Positions 1-12,835 of a stretch of DNA of 64,000 bases are shown here, in pieces. The DNA is taken from NCBI RefSeq assembly GCF_013167455.1, contig NZ_CP038328.1; one strand, 5' to 3'. The notes under the pieces were generated by a model, which saw only the letters and a program-made list of their open reading frames with translations, ran no database searches and was not told the DNA's origin. The position numbers and the translations under genes are program-made. The stretch comes from Escherichia coli O157:H7 (lineage in GTDB: Bacteria > Pseudomonadota > Gammaproteobacteria > Enterobacterales > Enterobacteriaceae). How positions within the stretch are numbered: the first letter of the stretch is position 1; the number at the start of each line of letters is the position of its first letter.

Positions 1-126
1 CATAATCTGGTATTCCGAAGGAATGCGATCGTCTTCCACCAGATCTCCGGTATAAATACTTTCTCTTATCCACTCCACCACTTGTTGATAGAGCGGTATT
101 TGTGACGACTTACTTAATGATTTCAT
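1..126 (-). CDS. GntR-family HTH transcriptional regulator, N-terminal 42 codons only (gene runs off the window start)
   Basis: Reverse complement of 1..126 begins with ATG (124..126) and translates MKSLSKSSQIPLYQQVVEWIRESIYTGDLVEDDRIPSEYQIM, a typical GntR-type winged-helix N-terminus. Absent from the ORF track because no stop lies inside the window. Confidence 0.4.
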   Translation of the reverse strand, partial: MKSLSKSSQIPLYQQVVEWIRESIYTGDLVEDDRIPSEYQIM

Positions 127-324
127 GGCGCGCACCTGAACATTTACAGTTGTCTATGGACAATCATGGACAACTTCAAGCGTATAGTAGGTGAACGGGA
201 GAAAAAGAGGATCGAAGCGTCTCACATTTTGAGGGACCAAATCGTGATCAAAAAAATGTGACGTGAGTCGATATTTGTCAGAAGTTTACTGCGCCGTAAG
301 GAAATAACGGCGCGTTGGTAGGTG

Positions 325-3128
<2,804 letters not shown>

Positions 3129-3132
<4 letters not shown>

Positions 3133-4073
3133 GCGTGCGCTCCTTCATGACGACGAATGCGTGGGTCCAGTGCGGCGTTGAGCAAATCGACAATCAAATT
3201 ACAGACCACAAAAACCACCACCATCATCAGCGTAAAGCACTGGATCACCGGATAGTCACGGTTAAAAATCGCCGACACCGCATAGCGCCCGACGCCGGGC
3301 CAGGTAAAGATGTTTTCGATAATCATCGTCCCGCCAATCAGTTCGCCAATGTGCATCCCCACGGCGGTGATCATCGGCAGCGAGGCATTGCGCAGAATAT
3401 GACGACGCTCGGTCTGTTTGTCATTCAGGCCGCGTAGCCGCGCCCAGGTGACGTGACGCTGACCGGCGACGTCCAGCATACTGGCGCGCAGCAGCCGTGC
3501 GTTAATCGCCAGCGACATAAAGGCAATGGAAACCGCAGGCAAAATGATGTGCTGCCAGCCGCCGTAGCCCATCGCGGGTAGCCATTGCAGATACACCGAA
3601 AACGCCATCACCAGTAAAAATGCCAGCCAGAAGTTGGGCATCGACACGCCGAGAAACGCGATGAAACGTACGGCGAAATCCGGCAGACGGTCACGATGGC
3701 GCGCCGCCCAGATACCGAGCGGTACGGAAGTGAGCAGAATTAATACCAGCGCCGCACCCGCCAGTTCCAGCGTGGCGGGCAGGAAGTTCAGCATATCGTC
3801 CAGCACCGGGCGCTGCGTGGCAAATGAGATGCCGAAATCAAGATGCAGCGCCTTCCACAACCAGGTGCCGTACTGCACATACAGCGGCTGATCCAGTCCC
3901 AGCATGGTGCGGGTAGAGGCCAGCATCTCCGGCGTCGGCGGCAGGTTAGACAGACGCAAATAATCGAGCGCCGGGTCGCCGGTACCGAGGCGCAGCATCA
4001 GAAAAATGATCACCGAGGCGGCGAGCACCATCGGGATCAGCAGCAGAAAGCGGCGTAATACGTAACGCAACAT
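3129..4073 (-). CDS. nikB: Nickel ABC transporter permease NikB
   Basis: 314-aa DppB/OppB-type permease; tightly packed in the operon. Confidence 0.93.
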
Positions 4074-5647
4074 TAAGGTTTCACCGGTTTAATCTGTTCG
4101 AACGGAATTTCGGTGGCGATCGGCGCGTAGGGGATGTTACCCAGCTCCGGTTTTGATACCACCATCATTGAGATGTAACTGATAGGCAGATAAACCGCCT
4201 CGTCATGCAGACGGGTCAGAATGTCGCGATACAGTGCCTGACGTTGTGCTTCGTCATGGGTCGCCAGCACTTCGCCGATCTCTTTATCAATCAGCGGCTT
4301 GTCGGCTAATCCTTGCTGTGCCTGGAAGTCAGCGTGCGACGGTACGCGCATTGAACTCAGGAAGGCGTGTGGATCGTATGGCGCGCCCCAGGTGCGGTGG
4401 AAAATCATGCCAAAACGACCGTCGCGCTGACGCGCATAGATACTGCTCTCTTCTTCGCCAATCAGCGAGACATCTGCGCCAATCTGGCGCATATCAGCCT
4501 GAATGATTTCCGCCATCGATTTGCTTAACGCATCGGTGCCGATGAACGAAAGTTCAATGTGCAGCGGCTGACCATTTTTCTCGCGGATGTCTTTGCCCGC
4601 AGGCAGCGTCCAACCGGCTTTTTCCAGCAACGCTTTCGCTTTCTGCGGATCGTACTGGCGCGGTTTCAGGCCGAGGTTGGCGTAGGGCACAGAAGGGGCA
4701 AACAGGGTGTCGGCGACCTGCTGGGTGCCATACAACGCGTTATCAATCAGCGATTTTTTGTTTACCGCGTAATTAAGAGCTTCACGTACTGCCAGCTCAT
4801 TGGTGGGGGCTTTGGCGGTATTAAGCGCCAGCATCACGGTTTCGATCGGCTGTGACAGTTGGGTATGGTAAGCCGGGTTCTGGCTAAAGCGGGCGAAGGT
4901 ATCGAGCGGTAATAACCCTTCGTTTCCGTACAGCAGGTCGATATCGCCAGTTTCAAACGCCACCGCGCGGGTAGTCGGGTCTGGGATGACGTTAAAAGTG
5001 ATCTTCTTAATTGCCGGCTTTTCGCCCCAGTAGTTTTCGTTACGGACGAAGACATCGTACTGATTCAGTTTCGATTCCTGCAAAACCCACGGTCCGGTGC
5101 CAATCGGCGCTTTAATCCCGTTCATGGTTTCATGGTTTTTAAACTGCGAGGGGGCGATAAAGCGGAAAGGGCGCGGCAGGGCCAGTTCTTGCAGGAAAGG
5201 ATAGTAGGCGCTTTTCAGGGTGATTTGCAGCTCTGTTTTACTGAGTGCTTTAACATCAACAATCTGGTTTGCCAGCTCCAGCCAGGCGTGACGTTGACGG
5301 TTATCGAGCACTGCGCGGAAGTTTTCTGCCGCCGCCTCTGCATCAAACGGTTCGCCGTTAGAGAATTTCACGTCATCACGCAGGGTGAAGGTCCAGATTT
5401 TACCATCTTCTGAATGAGTCCAGCTTTTTGCCAGCCACGGGATCACCGAACCGTCTGCCTGATATTTCACCAATGGTTCATAAACCATGCTCTGGGCGAA
5501 CATCTGGTTAGGCGTGTAAAGGTGCGGGTTTAGTGGCCCGACATTCACCGGCCAGGCGGTGGTGATTTCATCTGGTGCAGCGGCATGGACGATAAAAGAC
5601 GCACAAGCCAGCAGCGCAAATAGAGTGCGGCGGAGTGTGGAGAGCAT
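4073..5647 (-). CDS. nikA: Periplasmic nickel-binding protein NikA
   Basis: 524 aa with N-terminal signal peptide; family-5 solute-binding protein; first gene of the nik operon. Confidence 0.93.
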   Translation of the reverse strand: MLSTLRRTLFALLACASFIVHAAAPDEITTAWPVNVGPLNPHLYTPNQMFAQSMVYEPLVKYQADGSVIPWLAKSWTHSEDGKIWTFTLRDDVKFSNGEPFDAEAAAENFRAVLDNRQRHAWLELANQIVDVKALSKTELQITLKSAYYPFLQELALPRPFRFIAPSQFKNHETMNGIKAPIGTGPWVLQESKLNQYDVFVRNENYWGEKPAIKKITFNVIPDPTTRAVAFETGDIDLLYGNEGLLPLDTFARFSQNPAYHTQLSQPIETVMLALNTAKAPTNELAVREALNYAVNKKSLIDNALYGTQQVADTLFAPSVPYANLGLKPRQYDPQKAKALLEKAGWTLPAGKDIREKNGQPLHIELSFIGTDALSKSMAEIIQADMRQIGADVSLIGEEESSIYARQRDGRFGMIFHRTWGAPYDPHAFLSSMRVPSHADFQAQQGLADKPLIDKEIGEVLATHDEAQRQALYRDILTRLHDEAVYLPISYISMMVVSKPELGNIPYAPIATEIPFEQIKPVKP

Positions 5648-5685
5648 GGTAACCCCAATGGATTAAAATAGATGGCGGAAATAAG

Positions 5686-5713
5686 TATGACGATTTTAAG
5701 TATTCGTCATACT
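5686..5713 (-). promoter_or_regulatory. NikR operator in the nikA promoter (GTATGA-N16-TCATAC)
   Basis: Perfect dyad GTATGA(5686..5691)-16 nt-TCATAC(5708..5713), about 40 bp upstream of the nikA start; matches the established NikR operator architecture. Confidence 0.8.
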
Positions 5714-5757
5714 GATTACCTGTTCTGGATCAATAGATGGGCAGTCGGGTGGGCGGA

Positions 5758-6345
5758 TCAGTTAACTGAATCGATCCATTGCACACTGTCGGCGGTGAGC
5801 GTAAAGGGAGTAGGGGTGCAGATCGCCAGGCTTAAATTTTCTAGCTGACAATGGCTGACTGACAGCGAGGAGTGATAGGTGCTGTCTACGCTGACGATTT
5901 GCCAGGCGCTGCCACCACGCTGTTTAACGATGGCTTCTTTGCGCGTCCAGATGCGCCAGAACATTTCCAGTTGCTGATCAGGATGCACGGCGTCCATCTC
6001 AGCATGTTCCCCGAGGCTGAACACGGCGTTCGCCAGCCAGCGCCAGTTGGCGCGCGGGCGAATCACTTCGATATCGCAGCCGACTTCGCCTTCATCACTC
6101 AACAGCAGGGCGATATCGTCACCGCTATGGCTTAAGTTGAACCATAGCGGCGTTTCCGGCGCAAATGCAGGTTTGCCTTGTTCGCCATAGATGATCTCCG
6201 GTAGCGGGGAAAGCGTGTGCGAAAGCAATGCACGCCCCGCCAGCCAGCGTTCGCGTCGTGGACCTTGCGGTGCTTGCTCGCGTAAACCCGGTGGCAGTGG
6301 AGCTGCGCTTAAGGTCGAAACTTTCCCCAGAACTATCCGATACAT
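5758..6345 (-). CDS. acpT: 4'-phosphopantetheinyl transferase AcpT (195 aa)
   Basis: Translation from the internal ATG at 6345 (MYRIVLGKV...) gives 195 aa matching AcpT. The longer ORF-track start at 6465 would overlap the upstream KS gene and is rejected. Confidence 0.88.
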   Translation of the reverse strand: MYRIVLGKVSTLSAAPLPPGLREQAPQGPRRERWLAGRALLSHTLSPLPEIIYGEQGKPAFAPETPLWFNLSHSGDDIALLLSDEGEVGCDIEVIRPRANWRWLANAVFSLGEHAEMDAVHPDQQLEMFWRIWTRKEAIVKQRGGSAWQIVSVDSTYHSSLSVSHCQLENLSLAICTPTPFTLTADSVQWIDSVN

Positions 6346-6346
6346 A

Positions 6347-7576
6347 TCAGGGCCAACGTTTAATGATGATGGATGTATTAATGCCGCCAAAGGCAAAGTT
6401 GTTACTCTGCAAAAACTCACAATCAACCTTGCGGGCTTCATGCATGATGTAATCCAGCGCGCCACAATTCGGGTCTGGTTTATTCAGGTTTAGCGTAGGC
6501 GCAAACCAACCTTCGCGCATCATTTGCAGACTCATCCAGGCTTCGAGCGCGCCACAGGCACCAAGCGTATGACCAAAATAACTTTTCAGCGAGGAGAGCG
6601 GCACATTATCACCGTAAATGGTTGCTGTCGCCAGACTTTCTGCCATATCACCGCGATCGGTCGCCGTACCATGCGCTGAAATATAGCCGATATCTTGTGC
6701 GCTTAACCCGGCGATTTTCAGCGATTGCTCCATACAATACTGCATGGTTTCGCGCTGCGGCTGGGTAATATGTGCCGCGTCGCAGTTAGTCGCAAAGCCG
6801 ACGATTTCACCGTAAATGGTCGCGCCGCGCGCTTTGGCGTGCTCCAGTTCTTCGAGAATGAGCGTACCTGCGCCTTCACCAATCACCAGCCCGTCGCGGT
6901 TTTCATCGAACGGTGAAGGTGTGGTTTTCGGCGCATCATTGTGCTGGCTGGTGGCGAAAAGCGTATCAAATACCGCTGCTTCTGAAGGACATAACTCTTC
7001 GGCACCACCAGCAACCATCACCGTTTGATAACCGTGGCGAATGGCTTCCCACGCATAACCGATTGCCTGGCTGCCGGAAGTACAGGCGCTGGAGGTTGGG
7101 ATCACCCGCCCGCGCAGGCCGAAAAAGAGGCCAGTATTAACGGCGGTGGTGTGCGGCATCATCTGCACATAGGTGGTGCCAGTGATGTTATTGGTGTGCT
7201 TTTCCGTCAGCATGGTGGCGAACTCGCTTACCGGGCCGGTACTGCCGGTCGATGAACCGTACGCAATGCCCGTTTCGCCGCTGGTTAATATCGGATCGCC
7301 AATCAACCCTGCCTGCTCTAACGCCAGCTCGCTGGCACGGGTCGACATTTGCGACACGCGGCCCATCGCACGGATACGCTTGCGGGTGTAGTGCTCCGGT
7401 AGCGTGAAATCATCAACAGGCGCGCCAAGCAGGGTGTGCAGCCCATCGTAGACCTGCCACTCCGGCATTTTGCGCACCGCATTTTCATATGCCAGTAAGC
7501 GTGCAGAAACGTCCTGCCAGTTTTCACCAAAGGCAGTCACGCCGCCCATTCCTGTAATCACTACGCGACGTGTCAT
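6347..7576 (-). CDS. apeR: Beta-ketoacyl-ACP synthase (FabB/FabF-like elongating KS) of the APE-type cluster
   Basis: 409 aa; active-site SSACTSG Cys plus ISAHGTAT and FGHTLGA His motifs. Ape letter assigned from position in a colinear 17-gene cluster, tentative. Confidence 0.8.
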   Translation of the reverse strand: MTRRVVITGMGGVTAFGENWQDVSARLLAYENAVRKMPEWQVYDGLHTLLGAPVDDFTLPEHYTRKRIRAMGRVSQMSTRASELALEQAGLIGDPILTSGETGIAYGSSTGSTGPVSEFATMLTEKHTNNITGTTYVQMMPHTTAVNTGLFFGLRGRVIPTSSACTSGSQAIGYAWEAIRHGYQTVMVAGGAEELCPSEAAVFDTLFATSQHNDAPKTTPSPFDENRDGLVIGEGAGTLILEELEHAKARGATIYGEIVGFATNCDAAHITQPQRETMQYCMEQSLKIAGLSAQDIGYISAHGTATDRGDMAESLATATIYGDNVPLSSLKSYFGHTLGACGALEAWMSLQMMREGWFAPTLNLNKPDPNCGALDYIMHEARKVDCEFLQSNNFAFGGINTSIIIKRWP

Positions 7577-8304
7577 AACATCCCTCCGTTGATGGAAATA
7601 ACCTGGCGGGTGACGTAACCCGCAATATCAGACATTAAATAGCTGGCAAGCCCGGCAACTTCTTCCGCCTGGCCCATGCGTTTCATGGGGATCATCGACA
7701 TTGCCTCTTTCAGGGCGCTCTCTTCCATTTCGATCATCCCGGTATCAATAAGCCCCGGCGCGATGCAGTTGACGGTGATTTTGCGCTTCGCGAGTTCGAT
7801 AGCCAGCGCTTTTGTTGCGCCGATAATTCCGGCTTTGGCAGCGCTGTAATTCACCTGGCCGCGATTGCCCATTACGCCGGAAACCGAGGATAGCGTGATG
7901 ATGCGCCCACCCTGGCGTGCGCCGATCATCGGCATAATGCACGGCTGAATGACGTTGTAGAAACTGTCGAGGTTGGTGTGGATCACCGCATCCCAGTCGT
8001 CATCGCTTAAAGCCGGAAAAGCGGCATCGCGGGCGATCCCGGCGTTACTGACCACGCCGTACCAGGCACCGTGTTGCGCGATTTCGTGCTCCAGCACTTC
8101 CCGACACTGTTCGCGGTTTGCGACGTCGAAACTGAGCAAACGCCCGTTACCCCCATTGGCGACAATGGCATTCAGCGTTTCCTGAGCGCCTGTGGCGTCA
8201 CGGTGATAGTGAACGCCAATGTTAAAGCCGTCTGCCGCCAGTTGGCAGGCGATGGCGCGACCAATGCCTTTGCTGGCACCAGTAACCAGAACTGAACGAC
8301 TCAT
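7573..8304 (-). CDS. apeQ: 3-oxoacyl-ACP reductase (FabG-like SDR ketoreductase)
   Basis: 243 aa; N-terminal TGASKGIG Rossmann motif and SDR catalytic YSAAK; 4-bp overlap with the downstream KS. Confidence 0.8.
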   Translation of the reverse strand: MSRSVLVTGASKGIGRAIACQLAADGFNIGVHYHRDATGAQETLNAIVANGGNGRLLSFDVANREQCREVLEHEIAQHGAWYGVVSNAGIARDAAFPALSDDDWDAVIHTNLDSFYNVIQPCIMPMIGARQGGRIITLSSVSGVMGNRGQVNYSAAKAGIIGATKALAIELAKRKITVNCIAPGLIDTGMIEMEESALKEAMSMIPMKRMGQAEEVAGLASYLMSDIAGYVTRQVISINGGML

Positions 8305-8768
8305 CAGGACGCTCCTTGTTGAAACAGGGTGGTAAGTTCTTCCGCGGTCGGCTGGAAGGTGTTAATGCGGCCCGTCGCCTCGCCGTCGTTGATGCTGCAC
8401 TCAAAACTGCCGAAGCGATCGTCTTGCATCAGCAGTTTGACGGTAATGGTCAGTGTCTGGCCTGCGGGCAGAATGCCAGTGGTGCAAAGCAATTCACGCG
8501 CGCCCAGTATCATCCCTAACTCAATACTGTTTTTGCCCTGCTGGTGGCGATGCCAGCCAGACCAGACGCCGACGGTTTGCGCCATCAGTTCAAGGGTAAA
8601 CCAGCCGGGGAGATTGCCGTCCGGGTCGAGAAACGGTGCCAGTACGCCACTGGGCGAAACCGTCACGCGGCACACCGCGCTGTCATCGCTGACGCTCACC
8701 ACGTCTTCCAGCAGTAACATGGGCGCGTCGTGGGGCAGATAAGCGCCGGGGGATAAATAGTGGCTCAC
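8304..8768 (-). CDS. apeP: Hotdog-fold 3-hydroxyacyl-ACP dehydratase (FabA/FabZ-like)
   Basis: 154-aa hotdog-sized ORF inside the PKS-like cluster; overlaps neighbours by 1 to 4 bp. Confidence 0.7.
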   Translation of the reverse strand: MSHYLSPGAYLPHDAPMLLLEDVVSVSDDSAVCRVTVSPSGVLAPFLDPDGNLPGWFTLELMAQTVGVWSGWHRHQQGKNSIELGMILGARELLCTTGILPAGQTLTITVKLLMQDDRFGSFECSINDGEATGRINTFQPTAEELTTLFQQGAS

Positions 8769-9943
8769 GAAACCCTCCCGAGCAGAATGCTGGCGTTATT
8801 GCCGCCAAAGGCGAAGGAATTGGACAGGATCACCGGACGTGCCAGCGGCTGCGGTTTTTCGATAATGCCACACGGTGGCAGCGTGGGATCGCGCGGCGAC
8901 AGGCTGAAGTCCTGAGCGGGCAGCGGTAAATCACGCTGTAAAATCAACATACTAATTGCCGCCTCGGTAATGCCCGCTGTGCCCAGCGTGTGTCCGGTCA
9001 AATGTTTGGTGGAGCTGCACGGTACGCGTTCGCCAAACAGGGCGTTAACCACCATTGATTCAATCTGATCGTTGAGTTGTGTGGCGGTGCCGTGCAGGTT
9101 GATATAGCCGACGTCATCTGGCGTAAGCTGCGCATCGGTCAGCGCCTGATTAATAGCGCGGATCGCTCCTTCGCCCTGCGGATGCGGGGCTGAAATATGG
9201 TAAGCGTCGCTCGATTCACCAACGCCCAGCAACGCGATGGGCTGCGGTTCCCGGGTCAGCAGCATTAGCCCCGCCCCTTCACCAATGGTGATACCTGCGC
9301 GGTCACGACCAAACGGCTGACATAAGGTTGGCGACAGCGATTCGAGGCTGTGAAAACCGTTAATCGGCATCCGGCTCAGGGTGTCTGCGCCACCCACAAT
9401 GGCGGCATCGACCAGCCCCGCTTCGATAAGCCTGCGCCCGCTGATTATCGCTCTGGCGCTGGAAGAGCAGGCGGTTGAAAGGGTATAGGCCGGGCCGTCG
9501 AGCGCCAGCCAGTGGCTGAGAAAACGCGACGGATCGCCGAGTTCCTGTTGCGCGTAGTGCCATGTGGTGCTCGGCTGCCCGTGGGTGCGCAGGTTAACGT
9601 GCGTGTCGCCTTCATGCAGGCCGGAGGTGCTGGTACCAAGCACAATCGCAATGCGCTCGCGGCCATATTTCGCAATGGCGTCATCAACCTGCGGCTGGAT
9701 CTGCGCCAGCGCCGCCAGCAGGATCTGATTGTTGCGCGAGCGGTGCGCAGCGAATTTTTCCGGGATAAGCGGAAGCTCGCCATCCACGCCAGCCAGGACC
9801 GCCTGCGGATGCCCCTGCAACCAGCCTGCGCGCGGGCGCATGCCGGGAGCAACACCGCGAGTCAGGTTGGTTGCGATTTCGTCAAGGTTATTTCCCAGGG
9901 CGTTGATCATGCCGACGGCGGAAATATAAATCATATCAGTCAC
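8765..9943 (-). CDS. apeO: Beta-ketoacyl synthase (KS partner of the chain-length-factor-like protein)
   Basis: 392 aa; active-site TACSSS Cys with HGTAT and GHTLG His motifs. Confidence 0.8.
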   Translation of the reverse strand: MTDMIYISAVGMINALGNNLDEIATNLTRGVAPGMRPRAGWLQGHPQAVLAGVDGELPLIPEKFAAHRSRNNQILLAALAQIQPQVDDAIAKYGRERIAIVLGTSTSGLHEGDTHVNLRTHGQPSTTWHYAQQELGDPSRFLSHWLALDGPAYTLSTACSSSARAIISGRRLIEAGLVDAAIVGGADTLSRMPINGFHSLESLSPTLCQPFGRDRAGITIGEGAGLMLLTREPQPIALLGVGESSDAYHISAPHPQGEGAIRAINQALTDAQLTPDDVGYINLHGTATQLNDQIESMVVNALFGERVPCSSTKHLTGHTLGTAGITEAAISMLILQRDLPLPAQDFSLSPRDPTLPPCGIIEKPQPLARPVILSNSFAFGGNNASILLGRVS

Positions 9944-10520
9944 CTAAGTATTGAATGGTGATGTGGTATTTAAAGACATGCTGCTCAATGCTGATTGGCA
10001 CGCGTTTGCCCTTGCGATTCAGATAGGTGATTTCCGTGACCAGTTTGCCGCTGGCGTTACGCAGCTCGCGTTTGTCACCGTTGTCGCGAAGTGTCCATCC
10101 TGCGGGAAGTTGCGGTTGCCAGGCGCTAATCGGCCAGTGGCTGAGCATCACGTCAGCCAGTACCTGACTTGCGGGCGGTAACTGTGGGACGACGATGGAT
10201 TGCTCGGCGCGTAGCCCTTGCGCATCGTAGGTCACCAGAAACAGGCGAATGCCGACCGACGACAGCCCGGCAAGGGTGATTTTCTGATCGTCGGCGTTAA
10301 GCATCACTAACAGCGACTGGGTTTTGCCGTTGAAGCTGCCGGTCAACAGTTGCTGCGAATTGACTGCGGGTGAAATCCCTGGTGCCGGCAGCGTGATGCG
10401 CGTGCCAGGTTGCAGCCACGCCTGCGGGCGGCCTTCCTGTTCTGGTTGCGAGTGGCTACAGCCGGTGAGGATAAGCGTAGCGGTCAGGGCGAACGCTCGC
10501 CAGAATGTGGATTTGATCAT
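9936..10520 (-). CDS. apeN: Lipoprotein of the APE export module (DUF3261-like)
   Basis: 194 aa; signal peptide with lipobox LTGC; sits between the MMPL exporter and a KS. Confidence 0.65.
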   Translation of the reverse strand: MIKSTFWRAFALTATLILTGCSHSQPEQEGRPQAWLQPGTRITLPAPGISPAVNSQQLLTGSFNGKTQSLLVMLNADDQKITLAGLSSVGIRLFLVTYDAQGLRAEQSIVVPQLPPASQVLADVMLSHWPISAWQPQLPAGWTLRDNGDKRELRNASGKLVTEITYLNRKGKRVPISIEQHVFKYHITIQYLGD

Positions 10521-12835
10521 TTTTTTGTTCTCTTTTTATCGGGCATAGCCAGCGGCGAAAGCAGGAAGGCGGTGAAAATACCGCTCACCAGCACAATGCC
10601 AAAACTGCTGATGGCCTGGGTGGCGCTGAATACCAGCATACCCAGCGTCAGCAAGGTGGTGAGCATTGCCAGCGCGATCGCCAGTAGCGAAGTTAACGGT
10701 GTACCGCGCGGATTACTGAAAAACAGCGTGTAGTTGATACCGATGCCAAGCACCAGCACCAGCGCCAGCAGCGAAAAGAGATTCACCGCCTGCCCGCTCA
10801 TCGCCAGCACCGCCAGACCACAGCCCAGCGAAAGCACCGAAGGCACCAGGCTGATAAGCCCTTTGCGCCAGCCGAGACGGGCCACTGCGCCGCAGGCAAT
10901 CACTGCCAGCGCCACCAGCAACAAGCCGGTTAAGACGTAGCGGTAAAGTGCGAACAATTCATCAAAGGTGCTTTTGCGATCAACCCAGGCAATGCCGCAA
11001 GGGTAATATGTGGCGATTTCCTGCATCAACGCGCTACTTTTAACCCCTTCAACCGGCACCAGTACGCCGCTTTCGCCGTTTTCCAGCGTCAGCCACAGCA
11101 GACGCCAGCCTTCACTGGCGGGGCTTGCCAGCCATTCATCAACGTTCACTGGCATGGCGTTGAGATCCGGGTTCACTGCCGTCAGCCCGGCATTTTGCAG
11201 CGCTTTTGTTACTGTCGGGGCCGCCGTTTTCAGCAGTTGTAAATCTTCCTCCTGCCGCGCAAGGGAGTTCAGCGGAATGGTGCGGTAGTTGCTGATAAGC
11301 CCCTCTTTTTTCGCATACTCAAGTGAGGCGGTATATTTCTCCAGTCGCCGCAATGTTTGCTGTGGCGAATCGCCGTAAACCACAAACCATTTTTGATCGA
11401 CGCTCTGCCCGGTCAGGGCGGTAATGGCTTTTTCCTGCGCCAGAATATGCTGCGGTAGCGCCTGTAACTGCGAGATATCGTCATCGACGCGTAGCATTGA
11501 CATCCCCGCCAGCGAAAACAGCGCCAGCGCGACGGGCAGACCCAGCGACAGTTTTTTATTACGCCGCCACGCTGCCAGCCAGCGTAGCATCAGCGCCATC
11601 GCCGGAACCGGACGCACCGGCAGGCCACGGCACAGCCACGGATGCCAGAACAGGACGGTCAGACAGGAGGCGCTCAACCCGACGGCGGCAAAAATCGCCA
11701 TCTGGCGAATGCCGGGGAAGGGGGCGAGCATCATAATCAGATACGCCGCCACGGTGGTGAGCAGCGCCAGTAGCAAGGCATTGCGTACTTTCGCCAGGCT
11801 TTGCCACGGCGAAACGTCGTTGCCGTGAACCATCCGCTCGGTGAGATAATAGAGCGTGTAGTCAGCGGAAATGCCGATAACGCTCATGCTCATCACCAGC
11901 GTCATCAGGTGTAATTCACCGAAAATCAATAAAGTGGCGACCGTTCCCGCCAGCGCGCCGATGCCGATGGAAATCACGCAAAGCAGCAACGGGCGTAAAG
12001 AGCGGAACACCGCCACAATCAGCAATATCACCCCCAGCAGCGTAGCCACGCCCAGGGTGGAGATATCCTGCTTCGCCTGTTGGCTGGCGTAATCGCTGTA
12101 AAACACCGTGCCGCGCGAGAGCAACTGTGCCTGCGGGTAACGCGTTTTCAGATCCTTTTCCAGCGTATTCAGGGTCGTGATCAGCTGGTGGGTTTGCTGC
12201 ATATCAAACGACGATCCCGCCAGTTCGCCGTGCAGCAGATACCAGTAGTTGCCCTGGGGATCCTGCGTCACCAGCCAACCGTCCATCAGCCGCAAACGCT
12301 GGCCGTTTTTCGCCATTGCCAGCTGCGAGCCGCGCATTAACATCAGCGGATCGTTTTGCAGCTCCTTGCCGCTTACGCCGGAGAATGCGGAATAAAGCTG
12401 GGAGAGGATCCACTGTGCCTGCGCTTCGCCGCCGTTTTGCAGGCGGGCGCGGGTGTTGGGGTCAATCAGGCCGTTGCGATGCTGCCAGAAAAACGCTCCC
12501 CACGCCTGCTGGCTGGCGGCATCCATTGGCCCTTTAACGTCGCCGAGCGCAGCGGATTTTTGCAGCAGCGTCAGCCACTCCTGAGCGACCAAAGGATTAG
12601 CCTCTTTACCGGGGCTGACCAGCCACACCAGTTGGCGGTCAAGACGCTGCATAAAGCCGTCATTCAGCGCCGGAGGAATATCGCCCATCGTCTGTTTGGG
12701 TAACATAGCCAGCACGCTACTGTTCAGCCGTGATTGCGGCAGCAGGATCAGCAACGCCACCGCCATGACCAGGCAGACTAGCCCCCATAACAGCGCGGGG
12801 CGTTTACTGGGCGGCAAAACGTTGGCGTTCGTCAT
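10517..12835 (-). CDS. apeM: MMPL/RND-family membrane exporter
   Basis: 772-aa polytopic protein with two hydrophobic bundles separated by a large soluble loop, the typical MMPL layout. Confidence 0.75.
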   Translation of the reverse strand: MTNANVLPPSKRPALLWGLVCLVMAVALLILLPQSRLNSSVLAMLPKQTMGDIPPALNDGFMQRLDRQLVWLVSPGKEANPLVAQEWLTLLQKSAALGDVKGPMDAASQQAWGAFFWQHRNGLIDPNTRARLQNGGEAQAQWILSQLYSAFSGVSGKELQNDPLMLMRGSQLAMAKNGQRLRLMDGWLVTQDPQGNYWYLLHGELAGSSFDMQQTHQLITTLNTLEKDLKTRYPQAQLLSRGTVFYSDYASQQAKQDISTLGVATLLGVILLIVAVFRSLRPLLLCVISIGIGALAGTVATLLIFGELHLMTLVMSMSVIGISADYTLYYLTERMVHGNDVSPWQSLAKVRNALLLALLTTVAAYLIMMLAPFPGIRQMAIFAAVGLSASCLTVLFWHPWLCRGLPVRPVPAMALMLRWLAAWRRNKKLSLGLPVALALFSLAGMSMLRVDDDISQLQALPQHILAQEKAITALTGQSVDQKWFVVYGDSPQQTLRRLEKYTASLEYAKKEGLISNYRTIPLNSLARQEEDLQLLKTAAPTVTKALQNAGLTAVNPDLNAMPVNVDEWLASPASEGWRLLWLTLENGESGVLVPVEGVKSSALMQEIATYYPCGIAWVDRKSTFDELFALYRYVLTGLLLVALAVIACGAVARLGWRKGLISLVPSVLSLGCGLAVLAMSGQAVNLFSLLALVLVLGIGINYTLFFSNPRGTPLTSLLAIALAMLTTLLTLGMLVFSATQAISSFGIVLVSGIFTAFLLSPLAMPDKKRTKK

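Noticed and set aside
291-313. Hairpin GCGCCGT/ACGGCGC downstream of nikR
   Set aside because: No U-run follows on either strand; too weak to call a terminator.
5714-5757. FNR binding site upstream of nikA
   Set aside because: Searched for TTGAT-N4-ATCAA; only a lone ATCAA half-site was seen, so no site is reported.
5758-6465. Extended 235-aa version of acpT
   Set aside because: The extra 40 N-terminal codons overlap the 3' end of the upstream KS gene; the internal ATG at 6345 gives the expected 195-aa protein.
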